Positions 19,103 through 27,983 of a DNA stretch of 64,000 nucleotides are shown piece after piece (positions within the stretch are counted from its first letter, which is position 1; each line of letters starts with the position of its first letter). The stretch comes from Alienimonas californiensis. GTDB taxonomy: Bacteria > Planctomycetota > Planctomycetia > Planctomycetales > Planctomycetaceae. The DNA lies in contig NZ_CP036265.1 in the NCBI RefSeq assembly GCF_007743815.1, positions 4,149,059 to 4,213,058 of the forward strand, written 5' to 3'. The notes below the pieces were generated by a model. The model did not search any database. It was not told the DNA's origin and was given only the letters and a program-made list of their open reading frames with translations. Made by a program: the position numbers and the translations under genes.

Positions 19103-22100
19103 ATGCACCCGCAGCAGGAGGCGGCGGTCTTTCATTCCGGTTCGTCCGTCGGCCTGAGTGCCGGGGCCGGGTGCGGGAAGACGTTCGTGCTGATCGAACG
19201 GTTCCTGCACGAACTCGACCCGGCCCGGGAGCAGGACAGTCCCGGCCCCTACGGCCTGCCGGCGGTGGTGGCGATCACCTTCACGGAGAAGGCCACCGCG
19301 GAGATGGTCTCCCGGGTGCGGCGGGAGGTCGGTCGCCGGCTCCGCGACCCGGCTCGAACGGAGCAGCGGGTCTGGTGGCGCACGATCCAGCGCCGGCTGG
19401 ACACCGCCCGCATCAGCACGATCCACGGGTTCTGCACGGCCCTGCTGAAGGAGAACGCCGCCGCCGCGGACCTCGATCCGGCCTTCCGTACCGTCGAGGC
19501 CACCGAGGAGGCCGACCTGCGGACCGACGCCGTCGACGCCGTGCTCAAAACCGCCCTGGCCCGCGACCCGGCGAAGCACGACGACCCGGAGGCGCTGTCC
19601 CCCCGCGACCTCGTCACCCGCTGCGGGCTGACGGCGGTGCGGGGCGTGTTGCTCAACCTGCTCGACACCGACCGCGAACTGCTCGAGAAGCCGTGGACGA
19701 CCGCGGACCTCGTCGCCGCCCGGGCCGGGGCGTGGGCGCGGGAACTGATCGACCCGCAGTTCGACGCCCTGCGGGACTCGGCCGACTGGGCGGCCCTGCG
19801 GCCGGTGCTGCAACGGAACCTGACGACCACCCCGGCGAAGGCCGCCGACCGGCGCACGCTGCTGACCGAGCTGGAACTGCTCCTCACCGGCCCGCCGCCG
19901 ACGCCGGATCGGCTGCGGGACCGGCTGGCGGACCTGCGACCGCTGGCCCTCACCGGCAAGCTGGGGCAGTCGAAGAAGATGTGGGAGGGCGACGACTACG
20001 GGGTGATCCAAGCCCACCTCGCCCCGTTCCGCGGCGCGATCGACGGTCTGCTCAAGACGCTGGGCGACAGTCCGCCGGACTTCGCCGCGGCCCTGCCGAC
20101 CGTGCGGGCCTACCTACCGCTGGCCGCCGCCGCGGCGAAGCGGTACGAACGCAGCAAGCGGGACACCGCCCGGCTGGACTTCGGCGATCAACTGCGGCTC
20201 GCCGCCCGGCTGCTCCGCGACGACGCGGTGCGGGAGAAGGTCGCCCGGTCGATCCGGCTGCTGATGGTCGATGAGTTCCAGGACACCAGCCCCGTCCAGG
20301 CGGAGTTGGTCCGCCAGATCGCCGGGCTCGCCGCGGGGGAGGACGCCGGCAAGCTGTTCCTCGTGGGGGACTCGAAGCAGAGCATCTACCGCTTCACCGG
20401 GGCGGACCCGGAGGTCTTCGGCCGGATGCGGGGCGAACTGGCGCCCGCCGGGCGGTTGCCGCTGACGAAGAATTTTCGCAGCCGGCCGGAGATCCTGCGG
20501 TTCGTCAACGCCCTGTTCGATCCGGTGATGCCGGCTTACGAACCGCTGGAATCGCCGCCGGTGGAGGGCGGGGGCGTCGGGGATCTGGAATCCGGCGGCG
20601 GGCCGCACGTGGAGTTCCTTCTGCCGACCGTCCCTGCCGGCCCGGACGGTAAGAGGGCGACGGCCGCGGCCTGCCGGGAGGTGGAGGCGAAATGGGTGGC
20701 CGCCCGCATCCGCGAACTGCTCGACGGCAGGCCGTGCGTGCGAGTCAAAGGGGCAGCGGACCGCCCGCCCAAGCCGGGCGACGTCTGTCTGCTGTTCCGA
20801 ACGTTGGGCGACGTGAAGCTCTACGAGGACGCGCTGCGGGAGGTGGGCGTGGACGCCTACGTCGCCGGCGGCAAATCATTCTTCGCCCAGCAGGAAGTGC
20901 AGGATCTGGTGCACCTCCTCCTCTGGCTGGACGACCCGGACGACACCCTCTCGCTGGCCGGCGTGTTGCGGAGTCCGCTGTGCGGCCTATCGGATGACAC
21001 TTTGTTCACTCTTACCGACGCCGAGGCGGTGGGGGAACGGCGATCCGCCCAAGCCGTTCAAGCCGTTCACCCCCCGGGGGCGGTCATCTTGGACGCCTTG
21101 GACGCCTCGGGGGAGAGTGTCTCCGAAAATCATCGGGGCAGTGTCGCATCGGTGCGACAGGCTCCGCTGGCCGCCGCCGTTCTTGATGACACCCCGTTCT
21201 CTCTGCTGGAGGATCAGGCGGAGCGTTTGGCCCATGCTCGGGTCGTGCTGCGGGATTTGCTGGCCTGCCGGTCGCGGCTCGGGCCGGGCGGGTTGTTGGA
21301 GCGGGCGGTGCAGGCCTTTGGGTACGACGGCTCCGTCATGTTGGAGTTCCTGGGCGAACGCAAGCTGGCGAACCTGCAAAAGCTCCTGCGCATGGCCCGC
21401 AACGCCGACGCCGCCCCCGAGGGCGGCCTCCGCGGCTTCGCGGCCCGGCTGCTGGAGAGCGTCAAGGAAACCCTCACCGAGGACGAAGCCGCCACCGTCA
21501 CGCAGGACGAAAACGTCGTCACCCTGATGACCGTGCACGGCTCGAAGGGGCTGGAGTTCCCCGTGGTGGTCGCCTGCGATCTGGACCGCAAGCCGCCGTC
21601 GGTCTCGGTCTCCGGCACCTTCGACCCGGAACTGGGCCCGATCGTGCCGCTCTCCTGCCAGCACGGAGAAGACCTGATCGACCACGGGGCGGAGATCTGG
21701 AAGGCCCGGGAGCAGGTCGCCGAGGAGGCCGAAAGCGTGCGGGTCTTCTACGTCGCCGCCACCCGGGCGGCGGACCGGCTGATCCTCTCGGCCGCCCGAC
21801 CGCTGGCGAAGGACGAGGCGCCCGGCGGCGCCGCGGACGCCCCGACGGGCGTGCCGCTCAAAACGCTGGACGCCGTGTTCGACCTCACCACCGGCAAGCC
21901 GCGGGAGGACCGCTCCGCGGGCGATCCGCTGTTCTTCGCTCCGCAGGTCCTGGTGCACCACGACAAGCCGGCCGGGACCGGCAAAGCCCTGCCGGGGCCG
22001 AAGCGGGGCACGCCGCCGGAAAAGTTCGCGGACGTGCTGCGGTCCACGGAACCCTGCGAACCCTACGACCTCCGCCGCCCGCTGCCGTCGCCGCGACCCT

Positions 22101-22714
22101 CCGCCGTGCATGTCGCCGAACTGGCGGAGCGTCTGGCGAGCAATGAAGAGCGGGACGAACTCGCCCGGTTCCCCATCGCCGAGCCGGGGGCGTCTGTCCC
22201 CGGGGAGGCGAGCGACGACCCGGTCAACTCGGAGACCGTGAGCGATCCCCTCGCCGACGCCCGCGGTCGATTAGCGGACGCACTGCAACTATCGCGTCGC
22301 GTCGAACAGCGGCGGGGGCTCGACTATCACATTCCTCCGCTGGCCGACGTGCTGCCTGCAGTGACGGGACGAATCGAACGGTTGATCCTGCCGGCGGCGC
22401 CGAACGGGGGCCGAACAGGTCAAGGCGTCCAAGGCGTTCACCCCCCGGGGCCGGACGCCTTGAACGCCTTGGGCATGTCGGCGGGCGTGGCGGCGGCGAC
22501 GGCCGCGGAGGTGGCCGGGGTCGGGCTGCCGGATCGGCTCGTCCCGCGGTTATGGGCGGAGCGAACCGCGTTGGCGCCGCTGGGAGGAGGGGAGGCGGCC
22601 CTGCTGCTGGTCGCCGCGGACGGTGCGACCCGGCTCGTGCGCACGGAAGAACTGCCGGCGGGGGCCTGTTCCGACGACCGCGTCGCCGAGCTACTGCGGG
22701 GGGCCCTCCTGTGA
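19103..22714 (+). CDS. AddA-like ATP-dependent DNA helicase (UvrD/REP superfamily 1)
   Basis: Motif I GAGCGKTF, Ia AITFTEKATAEM, II LMVDEFQDTSPVQAEL, IV NFRSRPEIL, VI LMTVHGSKGLEFPVVV. Start ATG at 19103 downstream of a family-1 repeat. Contains two in-frame family-2 palindromic repeats. Confidence 0.85.
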   Translation: MHPQQEAAVFHSGSSVGLSAGAGCGKTFVLIERFLHELDPAREQDSPGPYGLPAVVAITFTEKATAEMVSRVRREVGRRLRDPARTEQRVWWRTIQRRLDTARISTIHGFCTALLKENAAAADLDPAFRTVEATEEADLRTDAVDAVLKTALARDPAKHDDPEALSPRDLVTRCGLTAVRGVLLNLLDTDRELLEKPWTTADLVAARAGAWARELIDPQFDALRDSADWAALRPVLQRNLTTTPAKAADRRTLLTELELLLTGPPPTPDRLRDRLADLRPLALTGKLGQSKKMWEGDDYGVIQAHLAPFRGAIDGLLKTLGDSPPDFAAALPTVRAYLPLAAAAAKRYERSKRDTARLDFGDQLRLAARLLRDDAVREKVARSIRLLMVDEFQDTSPVQAELVRQIAGLAAGEDAGKLFLVGDSKQSIYRFTGADPEVFGRMRGELAPAGRLPLTKNFRSRPEILRFVNALFDPVMPAYEPLESPPVEGGGVGDLESGGGPHVEFLLPTVPAGPDGKRATAAACREVEAKWVAARIRELLDGRPCVRVKGAADRPPKPGDVCLLFRTLGDVKLYEDALREVGVDAYVAGGKSFFAQQEVQDLVHLLLWLDDPDDTLSLAGVLRSPLCGLSDDTLFTLTDAEAVGERRSAQAVQAVHPPGAVILDALDASGESVSENHRGSVASVRQAPLAAAVLDDTPFSLLEDQAERLAHARVVLRDLLACRSRLGPGGLLERAVQAFGYDGSVMLEFLGERKLANLQKLLRMARNADAAPEGGLRGFAARLLESVKETLTEDEAATVTQDENVVTLMTVHGSKGLEFPVVVACDLDRKPPSVSVSGTFDPELGPIVPLSCQHGEDLIDHGAEIWKAREQVAEEAESVRVFYVAATRAADRLILSAARPLAKDEAPGGAADAPTGVPLKTLDAVFDLTTGKPREDRSAGDPLFFAPQVLVHHDKPAGTGKALPGPKRGTPPEKFADVLRSTEPCEPYDLRRPLPSPRPSAVHVAELAERLASNEERDELARFPIAEPGASVPGEASDDPVNSETVSDPLADARGRLADALQLSRRVEQRRGLDYHIPPLADVLPAVTGRIERLILPAAPNGGRTGQGVQGVHPPGPDALNALGMSAGVAAATAAEVAGVGLPDRLVPRLWAERTALAPLGGGEAALLLVAADGATRLVRTEELPAGACSDDRVAELLRGALL
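21036..21095. repeat. Family-2 palindromic element (CAAGCCGTTCAAGCCGTTCACCCCCCGGGGGCGGTCATCTTGGACGCCTTGGACGCCTCGG), in-frame within the AddA-like gene
   Basis: Inverted arms CAAGGCGTTCAAGGCG / CGCCTTGAACGCCTTG with slight degeneracy; encodes AQAVQAVHPPGAVILDALDASG. Confidence 0.7.
22418..22470. repeat. Family-2 palindromic element (CAAGGCGTCCAAGGCGTTCACCCCCCGGGGCCGGACGCCTTGAACGCCTTG), in-frame within the AddA-like gene
   Basis: Encodes GQGVQGVHPPGPDALNALG near the AddA C-terminus. Confidence 0.7.
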
Positions 22715-23988
22715 TGTCGCCCGATGCTCGTTCGACTCAGGGGGCTGACGCCCCCCGCTCGCCAGGGCCGCCGCTGTCCGACGTGCGGTGGTTGGAGTAC
22801 CTCCGCGAGCGCCCCGATCTCGTCGCGGCGGCCGCCGAGCGGGGGAACGCCCCGGCGGAGCAGGCTGCCTTGCGGAAGGAGCACCCCGCGGAGGCCGTCG
22901 CCGCGGCCCTCACGCTGGCCGAACTCCGAGGCCGGGCCGTCGAAAAGTTTCGCCTCGGCGACCGCATGTGGTTCGACCGGGTCCGGCTCGAACAGGCCAC
23001 CGGCGAAGCCGTCGCCCGGCACAAGGCCCGCCGGTTCGCCGCACGAATGAACGCAGGCGAGCCGGGGGCGTCAGCCCCCGGAGGGAACGGCTCGCCGGTG
23101 TTGGACCTCTGCGGCGGGCTGGGCGGGGACGCGATCGCTCTGGCGGAGTTCGTCCCCGTCCGCACCGTGGACCGCGACCCCGTCGCCGGCTGGATGGCGA
23201 CGCAGAACGCCGCCCTCCACGGCGTGTCCGACCGGGTGACGGCGGAAACGGCGTCCGCGGAGGAGGTGAACGTGTCCGGGGCGTTCGTGCACCTCGACCC
23301 GGACCGCCGCCCCGGCGGGGAACGTGGGGCCAAACGGCGGGAGAAGCGGCTCGAAGATTACGCCCCGGACCTGTCGTTCATGCGGTCCCTCGCCGCGTCG
23401 GCGGCCGGCGGGGCGATCAAGGTCAGCCCGGCCTCGAACTGGGGCGGCAAGTTCCCCGACTGCGAAATCGAGCTGATCTCCCACGGCGGCGAGTGCCGCG
23501 AGGCGACCGTCTGGTTCGGTTCCCTCGCCGACCCCGGCGTGCACCGGGCGACTGTGTTGCTGGACGACGACACGCACACCCTCGCCGCCGACCCGTTCGC
23601 CGCGATTCCGACCGTCGGGCCGATCGCGGACTACCTCTACGACCCCGACCCGTCGGTCGTGCGGGCCGGGCTGGTGGACGAGCTGTGCGAACGGACCGGC
23701 CTTCAACGGCTGGACGACGCGGAGGAGTACCTCACCGGACCGCGGGTCGAGACCCCGTTCGCCACCGCGTTTCGGGTGCTGGCGGTCTGCCCGAACAACG
23801 CCCGCCGCTACCGGGCCGCGATCGGCGAGACGGGGGCCGGCGACGTGGAGGTGAAATGTCGCCACCTGCCGACCGACGCCGCCGCCGTCCGCCGCAAACT
23901 GCCGCTCACGCCGGGCGGGCCGCGGCGGACGCTGATCTTCGCCAAGCTCGAAGGCAAAGCCGCCGCGGTGGTGTGCGAGCGGGCGTGA
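22714..23988 (+). CDS. Class I SAM-dependent methyltransferase (GxGxG fold; the C-terminal region may be THUMP-like)
   Basis: SAM-binding motif VLDLCGGLGGDAIALAE. ATG overlaps the AddA stop (TGATG). A family-1 repeat at 22737-22764 lies in-frame near the N-terminus ([12 protein letters not shown]); an alternative GTG start sits just downstream at about 22779. Confidence 0.6.
   Translation: MSPDARSTQGADAPRSPGPPLSDVRWLEYLRERPDLVAAAAERGNAPAEQAALRKEHPAEAVAAALTLAELRGRAVEKFRLGDRMWFDRVRLEQATGEAVARHKARRFAARMNAGEPGASAPGGNGSPVLDLCGGLGGDAIALAEFVPVRTVDRDPVAGWMATQNAALHGVSDRVTAETASAEEVNVSGAFVHLDPDRRPGGERGAKRREKRLEDYAPDLSFMRSLAASAAGGAIKVSPASNWGGKFPDCEIELISHGGECREATVWFGSLADPGVHRATVLLDDDTHTLAADPFAAIPTVGPIADYLYDPDPSVVRAGLVDELCERTGLQRLDDAEEYLTGPRVETPFATAFRVLAVCPNNARRYRAAIGETGAGDVEVKCRHLPTDAAAVRRKLPLTPGGPRRTLIFAKLEGKAAAVVCERA
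23056..23083. repeat. Family-1 palindromic element inside the methyltransferase gene (ggcgagccgggggcgtcagcccccggag), in-frame (GEPGASAPGG)
   Basis: Same core hairpin GGGGGC-GTCA-GCCCCC. Confidence 0.7.
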
Positions 23989-24066
23989 GGCGAGCGAGGG
24001 GCGTGAGCCCCCCGTGTTCTCGCACGCGTCCCGTCGCACGGCGGGCTGACGCCCCCTCGCTCGCCC
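23989..24066. repeat. Family-1 inverted pair (arms GGCGAGCGAGGGGCGTGAGCCCCCCGTG and GCGGGCTGACGCCCCCTCGCTCGCCC), intergenic
   Basis: Immediately follows the methyltransferase stop at 23988. Convergent gene ends are on either side. Confidence 0.75.
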
Positions 24067-24076
24067 TCAAACGTCC

Positions 24077-24541
24077 TTACTGCATGGCCGCTTTGAAGTT
24101 GAACTTGCCGGCCGGGACGAGGGGGAACTGGCGGCCGCTGCCGTCCGGGATGCCGTAGGCGACGACCACGCCGCTGCGGTTCTCGGCGATGTAGATGACG
24201 CCGGCGCCGTTGTCGGTGCTGCCGGCGACGACGGCGTACTCGGCCAGGCCGGCCCGGTCGCCAAAGTCCGCGGCGATGCTGCGGGCGTAGCTGGTGTTGA
24301 ACCCGCCGTTGCCCAGCACCCCGCCGACCAGCGTGCCGGTCGTGCTGTCCAGCACGAACACCGCCTCGCCCGGCCGGCCGATCGACAGCGGGCTGGTGAA
24401 CACCGCCATCTTCTCGTTCCGGTCGACCGCCTCGGCCTTCAGCGAGGCCGGCGAGAGCACGGCGGTCCCGACGGACCCGGCCACGGCCCCGACGGCCAGG
24501 AGAGCGAGGGGCGCCAGCGAACGGCGGGGAGACAGCGACAT
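24077..24541 (-). CDS. Hypothetical secreted protein (signal peptide LAPLALLAVGAVAGSVGTAVLSPAS)
   Basis: ORF with an N-terminal signal peptide and Gly/Val-rich beta-like composition. No family recognised. Confidence 0.5.
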   Translation of the reverse strand: MSLSPRRSLAPLALLAVGAVAGSVGTAVLSPASLKAEAVDRNEKMAVFTSPLSIGRPGEAVFVLDSTTGTLVGGVLGNGGFNTSYARSIAADFGDRAGLAEYAVVAGSTDNGAGVIYIAENRSGVVVAYGIPDGSGRQFPLVPAGKFNFKAAMQ

Positions 24542-24625
24542 GGGTTCGGCTTTCGGGAGACGGCCCGCGACCGCGGGCGACGGTGAGGGGAACGCCCGCA
24601 GTCTACCGACGCCCGACAGCCCGAG

Positions 24626-24707
24626 GCGAGCGGGGGCGTAAGCCCCCTGAGTTCTCCCAGCGGGGCCATCACGAATCGCACGGGGGGCTCACGCCCCCAC
24701 GCTCGCC
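24626..24707. repeat. Family-1 inverted pair (GGCGAGCGGGGGCGTAAGCCCCCTGAG ... CACGGGGGGCTCACGCCCCCACGCTCGCC), intergenic
   Basis: Lies between the minus-strand hypothetical gene and the plus-strand oxidoreductase gene. Confidence 0.75.
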
Positions 24708-24805
24708 TCAGCCCCCGGTCGCTTTGCACCGGCGCCCGCCTGCCGGCTAGCCTGCCCCCTGTCTCGACCGTCGTTCGCCCGTCTCCTCGTCTCCCCCCCG
24801 CCGCG

Positions 24806-26044
24806 ATGCCCGCCCAACCGTCCGACGACTACCCGACCACCAACGGCAGCCTGAACCGCAAGCTGCGGATGGCCCTGGTCGGCGGCGGCAGCGGGTCGTT
24901 CATCGGCCGGGTGCACGCCACCGGCGCCCTACTGGACAACCGGGCCGAATTGGTCGCCGGCGCCCTCTCCAGCAACCCGGAGCGGGCCAAAAAGAGCGCC
25001 CCCAGCTACGCCATCCCCGAGGACCGGGCCTACACCAGCATCCACGAACTGGTGGAGAAGGAACTCGCCCGGCCGGAGGACGACCGGATCGACTTCGTCT
25101 CGATCGCGACCCCGAATCACACCCACTTCGAGATCGCCAAGACGGCCGCCGAGGCGGGCTTCAACGTCGTCTGCGACAAGCCGATGACCTTCGACCTCCC
25201 CCAGGCCGAGGAGCTGGTCAAGGTGGTCGAGAACACCCCCGGCGTGTTCGCCCTGATGCACAACTACACCGGCTACCCGCTGATCCGGCAGGCCCGGGAG
25301 ATGTGCTTGAACGGGGACCTCGGCGAGATCAACGCGATCCGCAGCAACTACATCCAGGGCTGGCTGCGGGAGCCGCTGGAGGAGACCGGCCAGAAGCAGG
25401 CCAGCTGGCGGGCCGACCCCGGCAAGAGCGGCGCTGCGGGGGCGTTCGGCGACATCGCCACGCACGCCTACAACATCGGCCGGTTCATGACGGGCTGTCT
25501 GCCGGAGGAGCTGTCCTGCAACCTGAAGTCCTTCGTGGAGGGCCGCAAGCTGGACGACTACGGCCACGCCGTCGTCCGGTATCAGAACGGGGCGCTGGGC
25601 ACGGTGACGGCCTCCCAAATCTCCCACGGCCACGAGAACAACCTGTACGTGGAGATCGACGGCACGAAGGCCTCGCTGGTTTGGCGGCAGGAGAACCCCA
25701 ACGAGATGTGGGTCCGCCAGAACGGCCAGCCGGCAAAGCTTTACACCCGCGACCCGAACGCCGCGTACCTCTCGGACCTCGCCCGCAACAGCTGCCGCCT
25801 GCCCAGCGGGCACCCGGAGGGCTTCTTCGAAGCCTTCGGCAACGTCTACCGGGCCGCCTACGACGCCATGATCGCCCGCTCCGAGGGGACCAGCTTCCAA
25901 GGCCGCTCCGAGACGACCCGCGACACCCTCTACCCCAACGTCTACGACGGGGCCGAGGGCATGTTGTTCGTCACCAAGTCCGTCGAGAGCAGCGAACAGA
26001 ACGGTGCCTGGGTCAGCCTGAAGACCGACTACGCCCGGCGGTAA
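24806..26044 (+). CDS. Gfo/Idh/MocA family oxidoreductase
   Basis: N-terminal Rossmann segment [19 protein letters not shown] and [30 protein letters not shown] are typical of the family. Confidence 0.85.
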   Translation: MPAQPSDDYPTTNGSLNRKLRMALVGGGSGSFIGRVHATGALLDNRAELVAGALSSNPERAKKSAPSYAIPEDRAYTSIHELVEKELARPEDDRIDFVSIATPNHTHFEIAKTAAEAGFNVVCDKPMTFDLPQAEELVKVVENTPGVFALMHNYTGYPLIRQAREMCLNGDLGEINAIRSNYIQGWLREPLEETGQKQASWRADPGKSGAAGAFGDIATHAYNIGRFMTGCLPEELSCNLKSFVEGRKLDDYGHAVVRYQNGALGTVTASQISHGHENNLYVEIDGTKASLVWRQENPNEMWVRQNGQPAKLYTRDPNAAYLSDLARNSCRLPSGHPEGFFEAFGNVYRAAYDAMIARSEGTSFQGRSETTRDTLYPNVYDGAEGMLFVTKSVESSEQNGAWVSLKTDYARR

Positions 26045-26057
26045 TCGGGCGGGATCA

Positions 26058-26125
26058 GTCCCAAGGCGTTCAAGGCGATCACCCTCCGGGGGCGGACGCC
26101 TTGAACGCCTTGCCGGTCCGGCTCA
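26058..26125. repeat. Family-2 palindromic element (CAAGGCGTTCAAGGCGATCACCCTCCGGGGGCGGACGCCTTGAACGCCTTG), intergenic
   Basis: Between convergent genes (oxidoreductase stop 26044 and cyclase stop 26135). Confidence 0.7.
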
Positions 26126-26134
26126 TCCGGGCGG

Positions 26135-27983
26135 TTATTTCTCGTCCACTCGAATCACGCCGTCCCAGCCGGGGGGGGCGGTGCGGTGGCCTTCGGCGAG
26201 GCGGACCCGCAGGAAGTCCTGGGCGAGGTCGAAGGCGGGGTGGTCCTGCAGCACCTCGGCGGCCCGCGGCCAGTCGCCGGCGGTGAAGGCGGCGACGGCC
26301 TCGGCGTAGCGGGCGAGGTCCCGGTCGGTCAGCGGGGAGCCCTCCGGTGCCGGGCCGTGAGGCGGGAGCAGTTCGCTGACCCGCACCGCCCGCTGCATTT
26401 TCGCCGGCCGCACCGTCCCCAGCGGCCGCACCCGCAGCGGGACGTCGCCGGCGCTGGCCCCCTGTGCGGCGAGCACCGCGTCCGCCGTCGCCGCGTCGCA
26501 GACGACCGGCACCCGCAGCGGGCCGCACAGGCCTTCCAAACGGCTGGCGAGGTTCGCCGTCGGGCCGAACACGGTGATCTTCGCCTGGTCCTCCGTCCCG
26601 ATCCGCCCCGCGACCGCGGGACCCGTCGCGACCCCCACCCCCACCCGGAAGCCGGCCAGCGGATCGCCGGGGTCGCGGCGGGCGGCGAAATCCCCGGCGA
26701 TGCGAACCGCGGCGGTCGCGGCCTTGAGCGGGGCGGTCGGGTCCGTGGTCGGCCAGCCCCAGAAGGCGAGGGCGGCGTCGCCGAGGAAATCGCCCGTCAC
26801 CCCGCCGGCCTCGCGGATGCGGTGCGTCATCACGCTCAGCGCCGCCGACACCCGGGCCAGCAGCGCCGGTAGGTCGGCGGAGAGTTCTTCGCTGGTTCGG
26901 CTGAACCCTCGCAGGTCGCAGAACACCACGCTGGCGGTGCACTCCGCCGGGGCCAACGCCGCCGGGTCCGGGGACTCGCCCAGCGCCTCCAGCACGCGGG
27001 GGGGGAGGAAGGGCCGCAGCGTCGCCGCCTGCCGTTCGAGCCGACCGCTGCGATCGGCGGCGGAGACGATCTCCGCGACCAGCGAGACGAACCGCACATC
27101 GGCGGCCCGCTCCGCCGGCCCGGCGGCGTTGGACCCGAGCACCAACAGGCCGCGGTCGGCCGGGGCGGTGCCCGATCCTTCGGACTGGGCGTCGGCGATC
27201 GGCACCACAAACGCCCACCCGCCGACGGACGGGCTGAGGATCGCCTCGCCGGCGTTCAGGGAGGCCGTGATCAACTCCTGGGGGACCTGCGGCGGACCGT
27301 TCAACTCGTTGCGGCCGGACCAGCTTCGCAACTGCACCGCGTGCGCTCCGGGGACGGACGCCCCCGGCTCGCCCTGTTTGACGCGGGCGACGACGGCGAC
27401 GGCTTCGGCGTCCTGCACGCCGGCCAGCAGCAGGCCGCAGAGCGCGGGCAGGCGGCGGGCGTCGTCCGGCGTGCGGAGCACCTCCGGCAGGCGGGCGACG
27501 GCCTCGAAGCGGCGATCCGGCCGGGTGACGGCCACGCCGGCGAGGGTGCGGGCGTCGAAGGTGAGGGCGCCTTCCGACAGCGTGCCGACGGCACTGGAGC
27601 CGGGGGCGTCGTCGCCCGGGAAGCCGTCCTCCCCGGGGAAGACGGTCCCCTCGTCCTCCGCGGCGGCGGGCGGGCGGACCCGAAAACGGGTGCGGCCGGC
27701 GGCGAGCCGGGCGGCGTCCTGGAGATGGACCGTGCCGTGCACCCGCTCGCCGTTGCAAAACAGCGGGTTGCGGCCGTCGGTCCCGTCGCGGATCGTCAGC
27801 GTATCCGCGTCGCCGACGGAGACGCGAAAATGCACCCGCGAGAGCCGGGGATCGCTCGGCACCCGCAGATCGCAGAGGGCGGAGCGGCCGATCGAACGGG
27901 ATTCGCCCGGCCGCACGGTCAGCGAACGCCCGCCGTCGACGGCGATCGTCCAGCCGTCCGCTTCCCCGGGCTCCCCGCTCACG
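26135..27983 (-). CDS. FHA domain-containing adenylate/guanylate cyclase (class III nucleotidyl cyclase)
   Basis: FHA segment GRSALCDLRVPSDPRLSRVHFRV...LTIRDGTDGRNPLFCNGERV. Cyclase catalytic domain VVFCDLRGFSRTSEEL...GDFLGDAALAFWGWP...GVGVATGPAVAGRIG...FGPTANLASRLEGL. GTG start overlaps the kinase stop (GTGA) at 27979-27983. The N-terminal ~295 aa of track ORF 26135..28867 are Arg-rich and rejected. Confidence 0.8.
27336..27364. repeat. Family-1 palindromic element in-frame within the cyclase gene (gctccggggacggacgcccccggctcgcc)
   Basis: Encodes KQGEPGASVPGAH in the linker between the FHA and cyclase domains. Confidence 0.7.

Noticed and set aside
15852-20017. ORFs 15852..17093(+), 15886..17487(-), 17247..19043(+), 18644..20017(-), 19171..20274(+)
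   Set aside because: Overlap the AddB-like and AddA-like genes in other frames or strands. Arg-rich, no motifs.
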